From the human T2T-CHM13v2.0 reference genome, Homo sapiens, in assembly GCF_009914755.1 (NCBI RefSeq), contig NC_060941.1: a stretch of 64,000 nucleotides of DNA, one strand, 5' to 3'. How positions within the stretch are numbered: the first letter of the stretch is position 1; every line of letters begins with the position of its first letter. Of this stretch, positions 45,586-64,000 are shown piece by piece. Both the position numbers and the translations under genes were made by a program. The notes below the pieces were generated by a model. It made no database searches and was not told the DNA's origin. It saw only the letters and a program-made list of their open reading frames with translations.

Positions 45586-45915
45586 GTGAAGTGAAGGGAA
45601 AAGAGCTGAGCTCGCTGGAGGTCTGAGGTCGGGATCAGGGAAAGGGCAGGTGCCCTCGGGGTAGTTCTAGCAGTTATGCGTGGTGTGAAGGAGGTGAAAG
45701 TTGTAGGAAGGAAATATTCTGGGGTGCGTTGAGAGCTGCCTAGAATGAGGACTGAGTGCAGGGGCGGAAAGAACTGAGGGAAGACTGAGCTGCAGTGTGA
45801 GGGCTTGGGATAGAAGAGACTAAATGTGGCGGGTGCTGGGCTGAACTGGTGATAAAGACACCCCGCGTGCCTGGAGGGAGGAAACTAGAAGTTCTATATA
45901 AATCAATTCATGTAA

Positions 45916-46495
<580 letters not shown>

Positions 46496-46524
46496 CATTT
46501 CAGGTAACTTGTTATTGCATCGCT

Positions 46525-46725
46525 CAATTGGTTAAGAACTTGGGCTCTGGCACCAGATGCCCGGGGTTACATTCCTGTTTTTCTGTGACTTTGGGCCACT
46601 GTTTATCTCAGTTTTCTCATGTGTAAAATAAAGGCTAATAATAGTACCTACTCCTAAGATCGTTGTTAAACGAGTTGGTACCTAAAGTGTTTATAACAGC
46701 GCCCTTCCACGTAGTAGGTAGACAA
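46525..46725 (+). mobile_element. MIR
   Basis: tgtgactttgggc...ctcagttttctcatgtgtaaaat. Confidence 0.65.
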
Positions 46726-46915
46726 CAAATGTCAGCTGTTCTTGCATAGATTTGGATGTGAAGCAAAAGTGAATGCTAAAATAAGTGTGATAACATAATT
46801 AGGAAATAAGTGTTAATCATCAGTATAAATAAATTCCATGTTAGTTATTTTCTCTTCACTTTCACATATTGACTAGTTGTCCTCTTATTTTTTTTAATCT
46901 AGCTGTGCTGTCGTC

Positions 46916-59505
<12,590 letters not shown>

Positions 59506-62165
59506 ATTCTTCTCTTACACCCCACCCGAAAGTATTCAGCTGGCATTTAGAGAGCTACAGTCTTCATTTTAGTGCTTTACACATTCGGGCCTGAAAACAA
59601 ATATGACCTTTTTTACTTGAAGCCAATGAATTTTAATCTATAGATTCTTTAATATTAGCACAGAATAATATCTTTGGGTCTTACTATTTTTACCCATAAA
59701 AGTGACCAGGTAGACCCTTTTTAATTACATTCACTACTTCTACCACTTGTGTATCTCTAGCCAATGTGCTTGCAAGTGTACAGATCTGTGTAGAGGAATG
59801 TGTGTATATTTACCTCTTCGTTTGCTCAAACATGAGTGGGTATTTTTTTGTTTGTTTTTTTTGTTGTTGTTGTTTTTGAGGCGCGTCTCACCCTGTTGCC
59901 CAGGCTGGAGTGCAATGGCGCGTTCTCTGCTCACTACAGCACCCGCTTCCCAGGTTGAAGTGATTCTCTTGCCTCAGCCTCCCGAGTAGCTGGGATTACA
60001 GGTGCCCACCACCGCGCCCAGCTAATTTTTTAATTTTTAGTAGAGACAGGGTTTTACCATGTTGGCCAGGCTGGTCTTGAACTCCTGACCCTCAAGTGAT
60101 CTGCCCACCTTGGCCTCCCTAAGTGCTGGGATTATAGGCGTGAGCCACCATGCTCAGCCATTAAGGTATTTTGTTAAGAACTTTAAGTTTAGGGTAAGAA
60201 GAATGAAAATGATCCAGAAAAATGCAAGCAAGTCCACATGGAGATTTGGAGGACACTGGTTAAAGAATTTATTTCTTTGTATAGTATACTATGTTCATGG
60301 TGCAGATACTACAACATTGTGGCATTTTAGACTCGTTGAGTTTCTTGGGCACTCCCAAGGGCGTTGGGGTCATAAGGAGACTATAACTCTACAGATTGTG
60401 AATATATTTATTTTCAAGTTGCATTCTTTGTCTTTTTAAGCAATCAGATTTCAAGAGAGCTCAAGCTTTCAGAAGTCAATGTGAAAATTCCTTCCTAGGC
60501 TGTCCCACAGTCTTTGCTGCCCTTAGATGAAGCCACTTGTTTCAAGATGACTACTTTGGGGTTGGGTTTTCATCTAAACACATTTTTCCAGTCTTATTAG
60601 ATAAATTAGTCCATATGGTTGGTTAATCAAGAGCCTTCTGGGTTTGGTTTGGTGGCATTAAATGGCAATTTGTGACTGAGACACCAGAGGGCACCCTTAT
60701 AACATTGACTACTTTGAAAGGGGATGCTTGAGGCTGAGGTAGTTTTGAGGGAAAGGGGGAAGTTCTAGTTTGATTTGTTTGGGAGATTGCTGTCCTTTCA
60801 TAACTGAAGCAAATGCTTGAAATGTAAACCATGTGTGATACGAATGATCTGAGAGCCAGTGACCAAGTCTGCTTTTCCCTGAGCTCTCCTGCTGCCGCCT
60901 CTACCTTTCTGACATGGCCTTCCATTTGGAACTTGATATGTGTACAAGTGATCTGTTGGCCACTGTTTCATTCATCCTGACCACTGTATCCGTGTAATGT
61001 GATCTGAGCTACAACAGGTGGTATGGGATAGAGGCAAGGAAAGCAGAGAGAGCCCTCTGAAATGAACACTACCCACTGGTGTGTGTAGCACATGATAGTC
61101 TGTAGGCATGAGTCTGAATGTTGTTCTCACACTCCTTTACTAGAGTATTCGTTCCCTCTGAAGGTAGTTTGAACATGGAAACACAGTTCTATACCTAGAA
61201 GGTTGGAAAGTGTCTGGGACTATAAGGGTTAACATGCATAATTGCAAAGATTGTCCGAAGGCTGATGGAAAGCAGAGACTGAATGGGATTGAGAACAGAT
61301 GCGAAGCTTGATTTAAATTACATTTTATTGGATGCTGCAGCCTTAAGAGACGTGACTGCTTTACAGTTTGTTTCCACACTGTGGGCAGCTGCTGTCTGTT
61401 CTGTGTCCACAGTAGGATCCTGCCCAATAAGGAGCAGCCTCCCCACCTCATTGTGTTTGAGGCTTGGCGCCTTCCTCTTAACTGTAGGGCTTGAGTCAGG
61501 AACATGGCTTGACTCGCAGTGGGGCTGCTATGTATCCTCCCTGGCTTCCAGCCAAAATCACATTGGTAGATTCAAAGGGGCCAAATTTCTTTCCCCTCTA
61601 TCTTTCCCTTTCCCCTGGTTTTGGAAGTAGAGTTTTCTGTCTACTGATTTGTTAGTTTCCTTTTCTTCTCCCCTCACTGTCAATTTCTAGGTCATTGCTG
61701 CTCTTAAGACTTTAGCAGTTGGAACAGGGTTGGTTCTGTCAATGATGCATGAAGCAGACTTAGTGTCCCTGCTTGGCTTCTGCTGCCCTTGTGGGAGCAA
61801 AAGCTGATATATGTTTGTCAGTAAAGTCTTAAGTGTAATTCAGACTGCTGAGGAAGAAAGCCCTTTCCTTGCTGGCTTTTCTCCCTGAAGCTGAGAGCTT
61901 CAGGAAGGTGGTAGGAGTTTTAGTGGGATGGGATGGGATGGGCTTGTGGTTAGCAGTTTTTGCCAGGATCATAGGCTGCTTCACTTAGAGTAGTGGCAAA
62001 GATGCTGACCTACATTCTTCCTTTTGAAGGTGATGGAGTGTGTGTCTATATCCTGGTTTATCTCTCTCCCCCACCCCAAGGAAGCTGATTAAGCTTCCAT
62101 AGAGTGTTGGGTATTGCCATGGAAAGAGCATAGACAAAATAAATTGTGTGTTTCAACCCCAGAGC
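59506..62165 (+). other. CDC6: CDC6 3'UTR with proximal (ATTAAA 60657) and distal (AATAAA 62138) poly(A) signals
   Basis: Hexamers seen directly; contains an antisense Alu; ends inferred. Confidence 0.65.
59845..60159 (-). mobile_element. Antisense Alu in CDC6 3'UTR
   Basis: Full consensus. Confidence 0.92.
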
Positions 62166-62237
62166 TGCCACAGATGTTTCTGGCTCAATGGAGACTTGCC
62201 TGTGGCTAGCTAACTCTGCAAGAATGTGTGAGGTCCA

Positions 62238-63697
<1,460 letters not shown>

Positions 63698-64000
63698 CGG
63701 TTATATATTTTTTAAATATCTTGAGACGTGTTACCTTGACTGCTGAGGGAGGACAAAAGAGATCCAAGATTGAAATTTTATTTACATTTGTATCTGTGCC
63801 TAGCAATTAGTATAGTGCCTAATACCTGGTAGGTACTCAATAGTTGTTTAACAGATAAGTGAACCAAATAAGATACTGCCTTTCCCTCAGTGGTGAGAAC
63901 AGTTCTAAGCTGAAGGTAAACGTTGGTGGTACTTTTGCACAGAGGTGGAGCAGGCCCCTGCATAAGAAGGGTGCTCTGTCTTACAAAATGTGTCTTGGCA

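Overview
Human (primate) genomic DNA, recognisable as chr17q21 WIPF2-CDC6, just upstream of RARA (RARA is not in the window). Both genes are on the + strand. WIPF2 (WIRE/WICH): the window starts in a long 5' intron; I assembled 7 coding exons (13929-35718, 1323 nt, 440 aa), followed by a long 3'UTR with several poly(A) signals out to about 41.6 kb. CDC6: CpG-rich promoter with E2F, CCAAT, ZNF143-like and ARE motifs near 44.6-45.4 kb, a non-coding exon 1 and 11 coding exons (46916-59505, 1683 nt, 560 aa). This haplotype encodes Ile441. The rest is very Alu-dense (roughly 80 copies or fragments by eye), with L1, L2, MIR and DNA-transposon fossils and a Y4 RNA retrocopy. Almost all ORFs in the supplied track are Alu-derived noise. 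I found no evidence of a new gene system. The most unusual unexplained structure is a 65-bp non-Alu inverted repeat with several nested hairpins in CDC6 intron 8 (53674-54116). Other leads are WIPF2 uORFs, inverted Alus in the distal WIPF2 3'UTR, and a latent donor over the WIPF2 stop codon that would be in frame with CDC6. Repeat boundaries are approximate and repeat family names come from recalled consensus sequences.
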